A stretch of DNA of 64,000 nt from Octopus sinensis (GCF_006345805.1 NC_043018.1:19964001-20028000), one strand, 5' to 3'. Counted from the first letter of the stretch, positions 37,969 to 50,309 are shown. Notes: generated from the letters alone by a model not told the origin. Made by a program: numbers and translations.

Positions 37969-38530
37969 GTTGTCCGGAAAGTTCATGCTGATTTTTAAAG
38001 GAAAGAAAAAGGTCAATAAATACTTGCCATTACATTTTTAATCAACCAAATATGAACCATTTTGTTATACAATGCGTCTCCATCTTTCCTTTAACTTAAA
38101 AATACCCTCTTCACAGAACTGAGGTGGTTTCATGGCAAAGAATTCATCAAGGTATCTTTTTACGTCATCTAAGGAATTGAAATTTTTACCATTAAGACTA
38201 TTCTGCAGAGGCCTGATTAAGTGGAGATCCGAAGGAGCAATATCTGGTGAATATGGAGGGTGGGGTAACACATCCCAGCCGAGCTGCAGCAATTTTTGTC
38301 TAGTTCCCCAAGCATCAAGTGCCGAAAAGGAACTTTCTTATCTTCCAATTTAAAGGGTTACAGAATTAACACAGGTTATAGGAACATAAACCTTCTTCCA
38401 CGAAAAGATAGCTTAAAATATGTTCTAAATGGAGGTGTAGTCAAATCCTATTTTATGGACTCAAACATGTTCTAAAATAAGTCGAAAGGTAAGGTACGAT
38501 AAATCGGCACGGACTTTCTGGACGACCCAA
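37965..38530 (-). mobile_element. Mariner (Tc1/mariner) internal-deletion derivative
   Basis: TIRs TTGGGT(T/C)GTCC(G/A)GAAAGT, TA TSD; N-terminal LEDKKVPFRHLM joined to GWDVLPHPPYSPDIAPSD...ERWRRIV. Confidence 0.92.
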
Positions 38531-38550
38531 TATATATGTGTGTGTGTATG

Positions 38551-38850
38551 TGAAGGCATGTGGCATAGTGTTTGGGGCTTCTGGCTCATGATCGTAAGGT
38601 ACTCAGTTCAATCTCCGGCGACATGTTGTATCCTTGAGCAAGTCACTTTATTTCATGTTGCTCCAGTCCACTCACCTGGCAAATATGAGTCATACCTGTA
38701 TTTCAAAGAGCCAGCCTTGTCACACACTGTGTCATCTCCCTGAGAGCTATGTTAAGGGTACACATGTCTGGAGTGCACATTCATTTCACGAGCAAGCTGC
38801 TCTGTTGATCATATCACCTGGGGCCCTTGTTGTCATAACTGATGGAGTGC
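38551..38850 (+). mobile_element. SINE E-type head with tail type 1
   Basis: GAAGGCATGTGGCATAGTG head; ACCTGTATTTCAAAGAGCCAGCC...ACTGATGGAGTGC tail shared with family D. Confidence 0.7.
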
Positions 38851-38871
38851 ACCCATATATACATATATACA

Positions 38872-39033
38872 ACTACACTCATGGAGTGGTTGGTGTTAGG
38901 AAGGGCATCCAGCTGTAGAAACATTGCAAGATAAGACCGGAGCCTAGTGCAGCCTTCTGGCTTCCCAGATCCCCGGTCGAACCGTCCAACCCATGCTAGC
39001 ATGGAGAACGGACGTTAAACAATGATGATGATG

Positions 39034-39034
<1 letters not shown>
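38872..39034 (+). mobile_element. Family C repeat
   Basis: Near-identical to 573-721. Confidence 0.75.
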
Positions 39035-39064
<30 letters not shown>

Positions 39065-39149
39065 TATTTAGTCATCACTAAAGTGATGGAGGGTGCTAGT
39101 AAGCCGTGTAAGAGTCTGAGGCCATGTGGGAAGATGAGTAGCAACATAA

Positions 39150-39306
39150 CATGTTGGAGCACCACCTTTAGTCGAACAAATCGACCCCAAGACTTATTCT
39201 TTGTTTGCCTGGTACTTATTCTGTCGGCCTCTTTTGCCGAACTGCTAATGTTACAGGGACATAAACACACCAACACCAGTTGTCAAGCAGTGGTGGTGGG
39301 GGACAA

Positions 39307-39339
<33 letters not shown>

Positions 39340-39357
39340 CACAAACACATATATATG

Positions 39358-39416
<59 letters not shown>

Positions 39417-39574
39417 GATGGGCTTCTTTCAGTTTTCATCTACCAAATCCACTCACAAGGCTGTGGTAAGCACAGGGTTATAGTAGAAGGCACTTACCTA
39501 AAGTGCTACACATTAGGACTGAACCCAGAACAATGTAGTTGGGAAGCAAGCTTCTTACCACACAGCCACTCCTG
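39150..39574 (-). mobile_element. SINE family A
   Basis: Reverse copy. Confidence 0.8.
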
Positions 39575-40479
39575 TACTTACACACACACACATACACACA
39601 CATGTACATACATACATACACACACATGTACATACATACATACTTACACACACACATACACACACATGTACATACATACATACTTACATACATACATACA
39701 CACACATGTACATACATACATACTTACATACATACATACACACACATGTACATACATACATACTTACATACACACACACACACACACACATGTACATACA
39801 TACTTACACACACACATACACACACACGTACATACATACATACTTACATACATACATACACACACATGTACATACACACATACTTACACACACACATACG
39901 CACACATGTACATACATACTTACACACACACATACACACACACGTACATACATACATACTTACATACACACACACACACACATGTACATACACACATACT
40001 TACACACACACATACACACACATGTACATACATACTTACACACACACATACACACACATGTACATACATACATACTTACACACACACATACACACACATG
40101 TACATACATACATACATACATACATACATACACACACATGTACATACATACATACTTACACACACACACACACATGTACATACATACATACTTACACACA
40201 CACATACACACACATGTACATACTTACATACATACATACACACACATGTACATACATACATACTTACACACATACACACACATGTACATACATACTTACA
40301 CACACACATACACACACATGTACATACTTACATACATACATACACGCACATGTACATACATACATACTTACACACATACACACACATGTACATACATACA
40401 TACTTACACACACATACACACACACATACTTACATACATACATACAACACACATGTACATACATACTTACACACACACA

Positions 40480-40514
<35 letters not shown>

Positions 40515-40522
40515 CATACATA
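39575..40522. repeat. Microsatellite-derived minisatellite (34-40 bp units, CATGTA...TACTTA markers)
   Basis: CACACATGTA at 39661, 39701, 39741; about 25 units. Confidence 0.9.
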
Positions 40523-40869
40523 CGTATTATAGATAAATGATTCCAATTCTTTCAAACTATTAATATACCTCATTATGGTTCCTTAGATATATTTAGTTTC
40601 TCAGTAAAATAAATAAAACTTATTACATATTTATTCTTCCTCCTGATATTTCTGATTAGATTAAGCTAATAGTTACTGTGTTTATTTCTTGTTTCTCTTT
40701 TTTTTTTTCTCCAACCCCCCCCCGGCACCCCACCCCCCACCGCTACCGCCACACCTGTATCATCCCATCAGGTTAGCTTATGCCTATAAATGGTTAACTC
40801 GGATGATATTTATAGAATTAATAACTGTGGAAAGCTAAACAGATATTTCTGTTACTTATATACCTAGCT

Positions 40870-40917
40870 ATGAGTGTTATTTTTTTTTGTATCTCATGTT
40901 TTGCTTATATATATATA

Positions 40918-40971
<54 letters not shown>

Positions 40972-41260
40972 CATATATGTATATATCTATCTATATGTGT
41001 ATACATGTATATATCTATATACTTATATATTTATATACATATATATATATATGTACATATATCTGTATATCATATACATATGTACATATATGTATGTATA
41101 TAATATATATATATGTAATATACATATCTATATATATATGTGTATATACATATATACATATGTATGTATATATATTACATGCATATTTGATATGTATGTA
41201 TATATATGCATATATATATACATATTCATATATATATATATATATATACATATTTATATG

Positions 41261-41292
<32 letters not shown>

Positions 41293-41348
41293 CACACACA
41301 CATATATATGTGTGTGTATCATCATACGTATATATAGATATATATGTA

Positions 41349-41401
<53 letters not shown>

Positions 41402-41410
41402 CACATACTA
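40870..41410. repeat. (TA)-rich compound microsatellite field
   Basis: Direct inspection. Confidence 0.9.
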
Positions 41411-42027
41411 TATTGGATATATATATGTAATATATGTATGCATCTATGTATATGCACACATATGGTTGTGTATGTGCAGATACGTATGCACACACACTCA
41501 CAACATTTACATAGACATATACATAAATATATGTATATATTTTTTGACAGATATATTGTTTGTTTTATATATATACATATGTATGTGTCTGCGTGTGTAT
41601 GTATATGTACGTATGTATATATAATATACATGCTCACACACTCACACACATTCTCTTTGTGCAAATGCAAACTGTTGACTTAACCTTGGAAGTAGAAGAA
41701 TAATGGTTGGCTTAGTCTCTGTTCTGTCATTCAGGTTACTCTCAGTTGGAAGCAAACATCTGAGCACATCAAATATTCTTTATAGCATCTCCTGCAAGGT
41801 GAAGCTCGACATTGTTAGAAATAGTAGCTAAATCCTAACTTTCCTTAATATCTCACTGAACCATCCCCTCCCCTCACAAAAAGAAAGAAGATAAAATAAG
41901 TACCAGTTGAAAACTGGGGTTGGTGAAATCAACTTAACCCCCCCACCTCCGCCTCCTCTCCACCAAAATTGCTAGCCTTGTGCCAAAATTTGATTTCAGT
42001 ATTAATCAAGAATTTCAGAAGCTAGTC

Positions 42028-42616
42028 CACTGGTTCCCAAAGTGGGCAATATTGCCCCTCTGGGGGCGGTGGAAAATTCCAGGGGGTATTGAAGAAAACT
42101 GGGGCGAAAATGGGGTAGCGATTCATGTAAAAAGTGGGGGAAATAATGGGGTAGCGATTCATGTAAAAACTGAGGCAATAATAGGGTAGCGATTCATGTA
42201 AAAACTGGGGCAATAATGGGGTAGCGATTCATGTAAAAACTGGGGCAATAATGGGGTAGCGATTCATGTAAAAACTGGGGCAATAATGGGGTAGCGATTC
42301 ATGTAAAAACTGGGGCAATAATGGGGTAGCGATTCATGTAAAAACTGGGGCAATAATGGGGTAGCGATTCATGTAAAAACTGGGGTAATAATGGGGTAGC
42401 AATTCATGTAAAAAGTGGGGCAATAATGGGGTAGAGATTCATGTAAAGACCACAAAATAATGGGTTTATTAGGTTAAGTTTTATTTGTGAAATACAGTTG
42501 CTTTGACTTAGCTTCAGAAAGAGGTCTATGGTTGTGATGGTTGATTGGGGTGGGGTGCTAGGAATGTGGCTTGGGGGTCAAGGGGGCAGCAACCCCATAA
42601 AGTTTGGGAGCCACTG
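42028..42616 (+). mobile_element. hAT (Charlie-like) non-autonomous element
   Basis: TIRs CACTGGTTCCCAAA / TTTGGGAGCCACTG; 8-bp TSD AGCTAGTC/AGCTTGTC. Confidence 0.8.
42095..42448. repeat. 35-bp minisatellite, ~10 copies, inside the hAT element
   Basis: AATGGGGTAGCGATTCATGTAAAAACTGGGGCAAT; period 35 from 42147 to 42427. Confidence 0.95.
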
Positions 42617-42760
42617 AGCTTGTCTATTATATGTTCAATATATGTCTAACATATAAACTTTTTATAACAAAGTTTCGGCTTGGTTGGATTCTTGTGGCTT
42701 GGTTTAAGTTTCCACATGCAATAAGGCTGTTCTGCGTGAAGTAAATATATGATAATCATC

Positions 42761-42990
42761 ATCATCATTTAACGTCCGTTTTCCATGCTGGCATGGGTTA
42801 GACAGCTTGACTGGAGCTGAACAGCTGAAGGGCTGTTCAGGCTCCATGTCTGTTTTGGCATGGTTTCTATGGCTGGATGCCCTTTCTAATCCCAACCACT
42901 TCGCACAGTTTACTGAATGCTTTTACAAAGTACCAGTGCAGGTGCTTTTTTTTTTACATGGCACAGGCACCCACAAGCCCACAAAATTAG
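42761..42990 (-). mobile_element. Family C repeat, diverged
   Basis: TTTAACGTCCGTTTTCCATGC, GGCTGGATGCCC. Confidence 0.65.
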
Positions 42991-43300
42991 GAATGCTTAC
43001 CTGGAAAGGGTTGCAAAGAACGAACCTTTATGCAAGGACCCTCATGCTTTTACTTAGCTTGGCGTGTCTTTTCACACACAGCAAACCGCAAAGAGTCTCA
43101 TTCCTCTGACATCCCCTTTGTGTGTCCCAGTGTCTGTAGATCCATTCTTACCACTTCACCCCACATCTTCATGGGTCTACCCTTTGCACATGTTGCCTCT
43201 TCAATTAGGGACCAGCACCGTTTGATGCAACTGTCTTCATTTATATGCATTACATGGCCATACTTCTACAGTTTTCCGTTTCGCACACCACATCTGGTAC

Positions 43301-43950
43301 TAGGTACAGGAGTGATTGTGTGGTAAGAAGCTTGCATCCAAACCACTTGGTTCTAGGTTCAGTCCCACTGCATGGTACCTTGGGCAAGTGTTTTCTACTA
43401 TAACCTTGGGCCGACCAAAGTCTTTTGAGGGCATTTGGTAGATGGAAACTGTAAGAAGCCCATTGTATATATATATATTCTTTTATTGTTTCACTTGTTT
43501 CAGTCATTTGATTGTGGCCATGCTTAGAGCACCACTTTTACTTGAAGAAATACACCCCAAGACTTATTATTTGTAAGCCTAGCACTTATTCTATCAGTAT
43601 CCTTTGCCAAACTGCTAAGTTATGGAGATGTAAACACACTAGCATTGGTTGTTAAGCTATGGTAGGGGAACAAACACACACACATATGTGTGTATATATA
43701 TATATATATATATCTGATGGGCTTCTTTCAGTTTCCATTTACCAAATCGACTTGCAAGGCTTTGGTTGGCCCAAAGTTATAGTAGAAGGCACTTACCCAA
43801 GGTGCATCCCTATAACTTAGTGGATCAGCAAAAGTGACTGATAGAAGTACCAGGCTTGAAAAAGAAATACTGGTGGCGATTCATTCGACTAAAATAATCC
43901 AAGGTGGTGCCCCAGCTTGACCACAGTCTAATGACTGAAACAAGTAAAAG
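43301..43950. mobile_element. Nested SINE A copies: plus 5' half (43301-43470), minus copy (43478-43806), plus 3' piece (43807-43950)
   Basis: Family A motifs in alternating orientation. Confidence 0.7.
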
Positions 43951-44034
43951 ATTAACGAAAAAAGGTAAAAATAAATAATAAATAAAACCTAATGAAGTTA
44001 AAAAAAGGACAAAATCCTTGTGACAATGGCTTAA

Positions 44035-44774
44035 CACTTTTGTGCTATATTTCTGTCGAAATACACTGATTTGTTTCAATTAATTTACAAAAGAAAAAAT
44101 TAGTAAAATTTAGTAAAATTACCTTTTTGTTACGACATATCTGTTAACATACACTGCATTTATTTCAATTAATCTTGCGAGTAATAAAGAATTTAGTGAA
44201 AGAATTTTGTCGTTATTGAAATAGTGTTTGGCACAAATTAACCAGAAATTTTGAGGAAAGGTTTTATTTAAGATCCGTATTACCTTATTGTTACGACATA
44301 TCTGTTAAAATACACTGTATTTATTTCAATTAATCTTGCGAGTAATAAAGAATTTAGTGAAATAATTTTGTCGTTATTGAAATAGTGTTTGGCACAAATT
44401 AACCAGAAATTTTGAGGAAAGGTTTTATTTAAGATCCGTATTACCTTTTTGTTACGACATATCTGTTAAAATAAAATTGCATTTATTTCAATTAATCTCG
44501 GAAATAATGAGGAATTTAGTAAAATAACATTCTCATCATTAATCTGGCATTTGGAACGTAAATTAACTTGAAATTTTGATGGATGGTTTTCTTTCAGATC
44601 ACTCTGACCATTTTGTTACTATGTTTCTCTTTCAATTAATTTCGAAAATAATTAAGAATTCGGTAAAATAACTCTGTCACTATTAAGCTTTAATGTAGAT
44701 CACTGAAAGACAGGAAGTTTGTGTCACAGAACTGGTGGGTGGAGGCGGTGTCAGGTAGTTTGTTGTTAAAAGGT
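44035..44774 (+). mobile_element. TTAA-flanked MITE with internal 161-bp tandem amplification
   Basis: TTAA|CACTTT...AAAGGT|TTAA; TTACC-initiated units at 44119, 44280, 44441. Confidence 0.7.
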
Positions 44775-44865
44775 TTAATACTGTGGAGAGTGTTTGACTC
44801 TATTTCTTCATTCTGGTGATTGCTGGAATCACTCAACTCAATAAAAGTGCTTCTGTCCTACTTAC

Positions 44866-44959
44866 TGTCGCTGCTAAGGTTTACAGTGACCCAGTTAATT
44901 ACCATAAACAATGCAAGACCGAGAATACAATGACTGTCTGATTGTCTGCTGCTACGCAT
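44866..44959 (-). CDS. Candidate first coding exon, signal-peptide-like (MRSSRQSDSHCILGLALFMVINWVTVNLSSD)
   Basis: ATG with A at -3 after an in-frame stop; donor GACA|GTAAGT, phase 1; upstream acceptor ATATTTCTTCCAG| at 45085. Confidence 0.4.
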
Positions 44960-45407
44960 TCTTACAAAAGGAATTTTTCCATGGAGACAATCTCTCCATG
45001 CTTCTGTTTATTTTGGTACTACTTAATCTAATAGCAATCCTGCCATAAAAATGAACCAAATTGTTTGCATTGATAGGATCTGCACCTGGAAGAAATATCA
45101 ACGTAACCCATAATTTCTTTGTTGAAAATCTAAATATTTGCACAGGAAATCTCTACAATGCTAAGAAACAGCTGGATTCCATAATGTCTTCAGCTGATGC
45201 TATAAAGGATGGAATTTGGCCAAAAGCAATATTGAATCTTAATAGTTTTTAGTGTTGTTAAATTGCTCTTCAAACTGGAATCATCTTTCTCTCTTCCTTG
45301 TTCCAAACTGTGCATTAGGAAGACTATAGTATTGATGGAAATATATTCATAATAATTCTGTTGTATACAAAGAACATGGAGGAAAAGTATTATTAGATGA
45401 GGCTTAA

Positions 45408-45627
45408 CCCTTTAGTGTTTACATTATTCTGCCAAAATTAATCCTTTTTTATCCACATTGTTTTGAACTAATCAAGCATTATTTGTAGCTATGAGATTAT
45501 GATGAGGTAGCTGTTAATTTTTAAAATGATATTGTAGGGTTGGTGTGAGAGACCAGATCTGGCCTGTTTGAACATAAAACAGGCAGAATACTTCTGGCCG
45601 GATATGGCCGGTTTAAATGCTAAAGGG
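45408..45627 (-). mobile_element. TTAA-flanked piggyBac-like MITE
   Basis: TTAA|CCCTTTAG...CTAAAGGG|TTAA. Confidence 0.85.
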
Positions 45628-45967
45628 TTAAAAAAGAAGAAAATACAGGCAGCTTTCCTGTGACAATATCCCACAATTCCTTTGCATTATCGGTTTTAAG
45701 ATAAACATGTTTGGATGCTTGACTAGGTTCACTTTGTAACTGTTTCATTTGTTTCAGTCTCATTGAACCGTGACCATGCTGGGGCACTGCCTTGTAAGAT
45801 TAGCCAAGTACAACAACCCCAGAAATCATTTTAAATTTGATGCTTCTTCTATTAGTCAATTTTACTGAACTGCTAAGTTAAGAGAATGTAAACAAACTAA
45901 CACCTGTTATCAAATTGTAGGAGACAAACTCAAAAGCACACACGCACACATTCTTCTATTGTTTTAC

Positions 45968-46275
45968 ACATTTCAGTCATTTGACTGCGGCCATGCTGGG
46001 TTTTTAGTTGGAGAAATCACCCTTAGGGGTTATTCTCTGTAAGCCTAGTGCTTATTCTATCAGTCTCTCTTGCTGAACTACTAAGTTATGGAGACATAAA
46101 CACACTAGCATTGGTCAAGCAATGGTGGTGGGACAAACACAGAGACACACACACACATAAACACACACACACATATATATGCAATGGGCTTCTATCAGTT
46201 TCCATCTACCAAATCCAGTCACAAGGCTTTGGGTGGCCCGAGGCTATAGTAGAAGACACTTGTCCAAGGTGCCAC
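45968..46275 (-). mobile_element. SINE family A, head missing
   Basis: Reverse family A motifs. Confidence 0.7.
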
Positions 46276-46384
46276 ACACACACAGACACACACACACATA
46301 TATATGTGTGTGTGTGTGTGTGTGTGTATAGGTGTGTGGGAGATGACATAGGACTGGAATATGTGATGCACTGCTGTACTCAAA

Positions 46385-46645
46385 AATACCTGCCCACCAC
46401 AACAGAATTGAGACCCTAAAACCAAAGTGCCACATAAAGAGCATTGATGTTGGCGCTGGTTCCACTTCAAAAGCACCCAGTACACTCAGTGAAGTGGTTG
46501 GCATTAGGAAGGGCATCCAGCTGTAAAAAATATACCAAAACCGACTATGAAACCCAGTGTGGCACCTAGCCTTACCAATTCCTGTCAAACCTTCCAACCC
46601 ATGCCAGCATGGAAAAAAAATGGGTATTAAATCATGATGATAATG
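46385..46645 (+). mobile_element. Family C repeat, diverged
   Basis: GGAAGGGCATCCAGCTGT, CCATGCCAGCATGG. Confidence 0.6.
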
Positions 46646-47173
46646 GTGGTTAGACTGGTATACATGATTTTTCTCCTACTGCAAAATCTCGTTTAGCTTC
46701 AACGTACTCTAAATATTTTTTTCAGTAAAACTTTTTTTATGTGTAAGTTTTTCTACAAGAACACTTTTTAGTGATATGTGATTTATTTCTTCTTTTTCTT
46801 TCTTTTTTGTTTTGTTTTGTTTTGTATGTGTGAATGTAAAACTCACCGAGTGAAAATATACATTAATAGTTTTACAGTAAAACTGTTGTATGAAGAACAT
46901 TTGTCACACGAAAACATAATTTTGTATTTTTACTTACACACACACACAGATGAATAAGAGAAAATGGATTAAATGATGTTCTTTATTTCATACTACTATA
47001 CCCAATGACATAGTATTCCCATTGTATGATGACATTTGGTACCCAATACCTATGGATGAGCTTTGTATCGTATATTACAGTTTTTACCCAAATTTTATTC
47101 AACTATACCTACATGAATACATACATATCATCATTTAATGTCCATTTTCCATACTGGCATATATATATGTATG

Positions 47174-47250
<77 letters not shown>

Positions 47251-48085
47251 ATGTATGTATTTATATTGATCTTCTCACAGTTGCCATCTACCAAAGTTGG
47301 TCAGCCTGGGGCTATTGTAGAAGACACTTGCTCAAAGTGCTGTGTAGTGGCACTGAACCAAAACCATGGGGTGGGAAAGCAGAATTCTTAACAGCCATTG
47401 ACCTTTTGGTTTTAGAGAAATTTTATTCCACTGATATTAATAACAGAAAAAAGCAAAAACGGGCCAACCAAAATATCAGTATCAGTTGGACTCAATATCA
47501 GAAGAATAGACAGAGAAACATGTTTAGAATCAGCTGAGATAGTCTTTGAGTGTTCTGTGGTTATGGTTCCAAAATTAATTTACTGAATAATGTCACCCTC
47601 CATTCCACCACAATCACCAAAAAATGTGTTGCTGAAGATTTCTTTTTTAACTCCCAATCCTTCATTTATTAATGAGAAAACAAAATAGAATTTGCATCCA
47701 TTTAATTCTTCGTGGTTGGCCACCATGTTTTTCAAGGTTAAAACGTTTGAAAGCCCCTTAATTTTATTAAAACATGGCAATATGTCTTCTCCTTACTTTT
47801 TATTTTTTTAATCCTTGGAAGCCCCACCTCTTATAGGACTTGCAATCCCATGAGGAACAGCATGCTAAATTACAGCAGCAGAAATTAATTAATTAATTAA
47901 TTAACGATGCTGTTATTTTTGTTGTCGTTGTTTCACCCAAAATTAGCCATGATTGAGTGGGTCTTTGATCAAAGGCATTTCAGATTTAAACATCAGGGGT
48001 CCTTTTGCTTTCGTATATTCAACACTACATTATCAAATGTGTCTTTGATATATTTTCTAAGTTCATTTTTTAATTTTTTAAATAA

Positions 48086-48598
48086 CTAGCAGTATTGCCC
48101 GGCGTTGCTCGGGTTTGTAAGGGAAATAACTATATAAGCATTTTTAGAGAGTTACTTCCCTTATAAATGCCAATTCAGGCTTTCTTAGCCATTTCTGTTT
48201 TGGTGTCTTCAAGCCATGAAGTTGTTGTTCTAAAAGAACGCTGGTCTCCTTGACAACGCTTTACGACGTTGATTTCCTTACACTCCCTTCCCCACAGCTT
48301 CACGAGGGAGGGAAGAAGGGGGAGAAGCAACACAGGTGCAGGTGTGACCATGGACGCCAACTCTGCCGCCATCGACACACGAAAAATTATGCATTAAAAT
48401 GGAATAAAAAATTATGTAAATTATTTTTAAAATCGTAGACTCATCGTAGACGCGCGCTAATACTCAGACGGGCTCGATATGAAACACGACTATAAGATAC
48501 CCAAATTTGGTTAAACTGCACCGCAAAATGTGGGAGTAGTTAGGAATCTAAATCGAAGGGGACAGACACTCACACAACTACAGTTTTATATATATAGA
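48086..48598 (-). mobile_element. Non-autonomous Helitron
   Basis: Reverse complement of 25036-25545; A|CTAG and GA|T termini, hairpin. Confidence 0.87.
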
Positions 48599-48601
48599 TA
48601 T

Positions 48602-48985
48602 AGGTGCAGGGGTAGCTGTGTAGAAAGAAGCTTGCTTCCCAACTACATGGTTCCAGGTTCAGTCCCACTGCGTGGCACCTTGGGCAAGTGTCTTCTACTA
48701 TAGCCTCAGGCTGACCAAAGCCTTGTAAATGGATTTGGTAGATGGAAACTGAAAGAAGCCTGTTGTATATGTGTGTGTGCTTTTATGTTTGTCTGTGCCC
48801 CTATCACCAATTAACAGCTGATGTTGGTGTGTTTGCGTCCCCATAACTGAGCAGTTCAGCAAAAGAGACCAATAGAATAAGTACCAAGTTTACAAAAAGT
48901 CCTTGGGTCGATTCATTTGACTAAACATTCAAGGTGTTGCTCCAGCATGGCTGCAATTAAATAACTGGAGTAAAAGGTAAAAGAT
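48602..48985 (+). mobile_element. SINE family A
   Basis: GGTTCAGTCCC B box, CORE-like motif. Confidence 0.8.
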
Positions 48986-49458
48986 AATGTTTCAACAGTC
49001 ATTATCTATCTTGTAACAAATAACCAAGGATATGTCCTGTGCAGTGAACTGGAAACAGACATCAAAGCATGCCTTTACTTTGTGAAGTTTGTCTTACATG
49101 TCAAGACATGTCCGGAAAGCATGGATCCGCTTTCATTATAGACTGTAAGCATACGATGTCCTTTGATGAGACTTGTTTACAAACGACATGGACAATACAA
49201 AATCATTTGCACACACACAAGGGTACATGAGGAAGATTGTAGGTTGTTGCTCATCCTACAAGAAATAGCAGCCAAATCTCCGTCACATCACACCCTTGCT
49301 ATCTTAAAAAAAAAAGTCACTTTGGATCATTTCATTCTAGATGTATGCAAAAAGGTGTGATGGTCATGGCAGGAGTGTTTTTCATCGTAGGTATACTCAG
49401 CCATGCCTGGGCTGGGGTTAAATAATAACTTGGGATATAAAAAATTTTAAGATATACT

Positions 49459-49515
<57 letters not shown>

Positions 49516-49518
<3 letters not shown>

Positions 49519-49713
49519 ACCTTGTCTGTATCACTAGCGATTTTTTTCCCCTGTCTTCCCTTCTCGGGATCTCCTATGTTTCCGACGAAGAGCTCTGCTC
49601 GAAACGTCAAACCCTCCTTCTTCCCTTCTTTCCTGAGCGTCCAATAATACTTTATTTGTTCCACGTCCTTGCGTTGTTGTTTTTTTGTTTTTGTTTTCTT
49701 GTTTGGATTAACT
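49516..49713 (+). mobile_element. Penelope-like terminal-repeat remnant in (TA)n
   Basis: Homologous to 34234-34410; hammerhead motif at 49578-49612. Confidence 0.65.
49578..49612 (+). ncRNA. Minimal type I hammerhead motif (U4C, palindromic ACGU helix III, GUC site)
   Basis: GTTT-CCGACGA-A-GAGC/TCT/GCTC-GAA-ACGT-C|AAAC. Confidence 0.7.
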
Positions 49714-49748
<35 letters not shown>

Positions 49749-49749
49749 A

Positions 49750-50309
49750 ATAATACTAGGGTAATAAGAATTATAGAAATTATTATTACCAGTGGCCTAG
49801 CACAAAGAAAATAGTCAATAGACTATATATTATTCATATAAAAATATCATGTACATAACAACGCATTAAGAGGCTTCCAAATAGGAAAGCCTTGTGCTAG
49901 AAAGAGCAGTAGAAAACTCAAACCACTAATTATGGATAAATTCTCGAAAGGATTGAAAATTAAAAACGTTTACCATCCAATTTAGTTCCTAGACCATCGT
50001 TTCTAACTCATTCCAGTAAAAAAATATTTACTGAGGCTAGTTTTCATCAGTAGGGAACCTTTAGATTTCAAATGTACACACAACTAGATTCCCATGTAAA
50101 CTAGTTGCCTGTGTATCCTAATTTTTCAAAAACAACCGCGTTGATGCAGTTTATTTCCCTCGACAGAGATGATGCCGGTAAAATTTCGAACAAATCTATA
50201 AAAAAACATTTAAACATAATAAATAATATTTTTTGATAGATATTTTTTGATAGATTTGTTCCTATTTGGAAGCCTCTTAATGTGTTCTAATGTACACAAT
50301 ATTTTTATA
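49750..50309 (-). mobile_element. Penelope-like terminal repeat with 5' inverted partial duplication
   Basis: 51-bp inverted repeat 49837-49887 / 50259-50309 with a perfect 24-bp core; internal hammerhead. Confidence 0.65.
49985..50058 (-). ncRNA. Type I hammerhead ribozyme, intact core with extended helix II
   Basis: GTTCCCTA-CTGATGA-[AACT...CAGTAAA/TTTACTG...AGTT]-GAA-AC(GATG)GT-C|TAGGAAC; predicted cleavage between 49992 and 49991. Confidence 0.78.

Noticed and set aside
42095-42448. 35-bp repeats (and the 25-bp repeats at 29376) as a CRISPR array
   Set aside because: Units are contiguous with no unique spacers, the context is eukaryotic, and there are no cas genes
45061-45252. Plus-strand ORF GSAPGRNINV...GIWPKAILNLNSF as an exon or LINE RT piece
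   Set aside because: No further RT motifs or recognisable homology, and it overlaps the better-supported minus-strand exon candidate
47580-47780. 66-aa minus-strand ORF in unique sequence
   Set aside because: No recognisable motif or convincing splice sites
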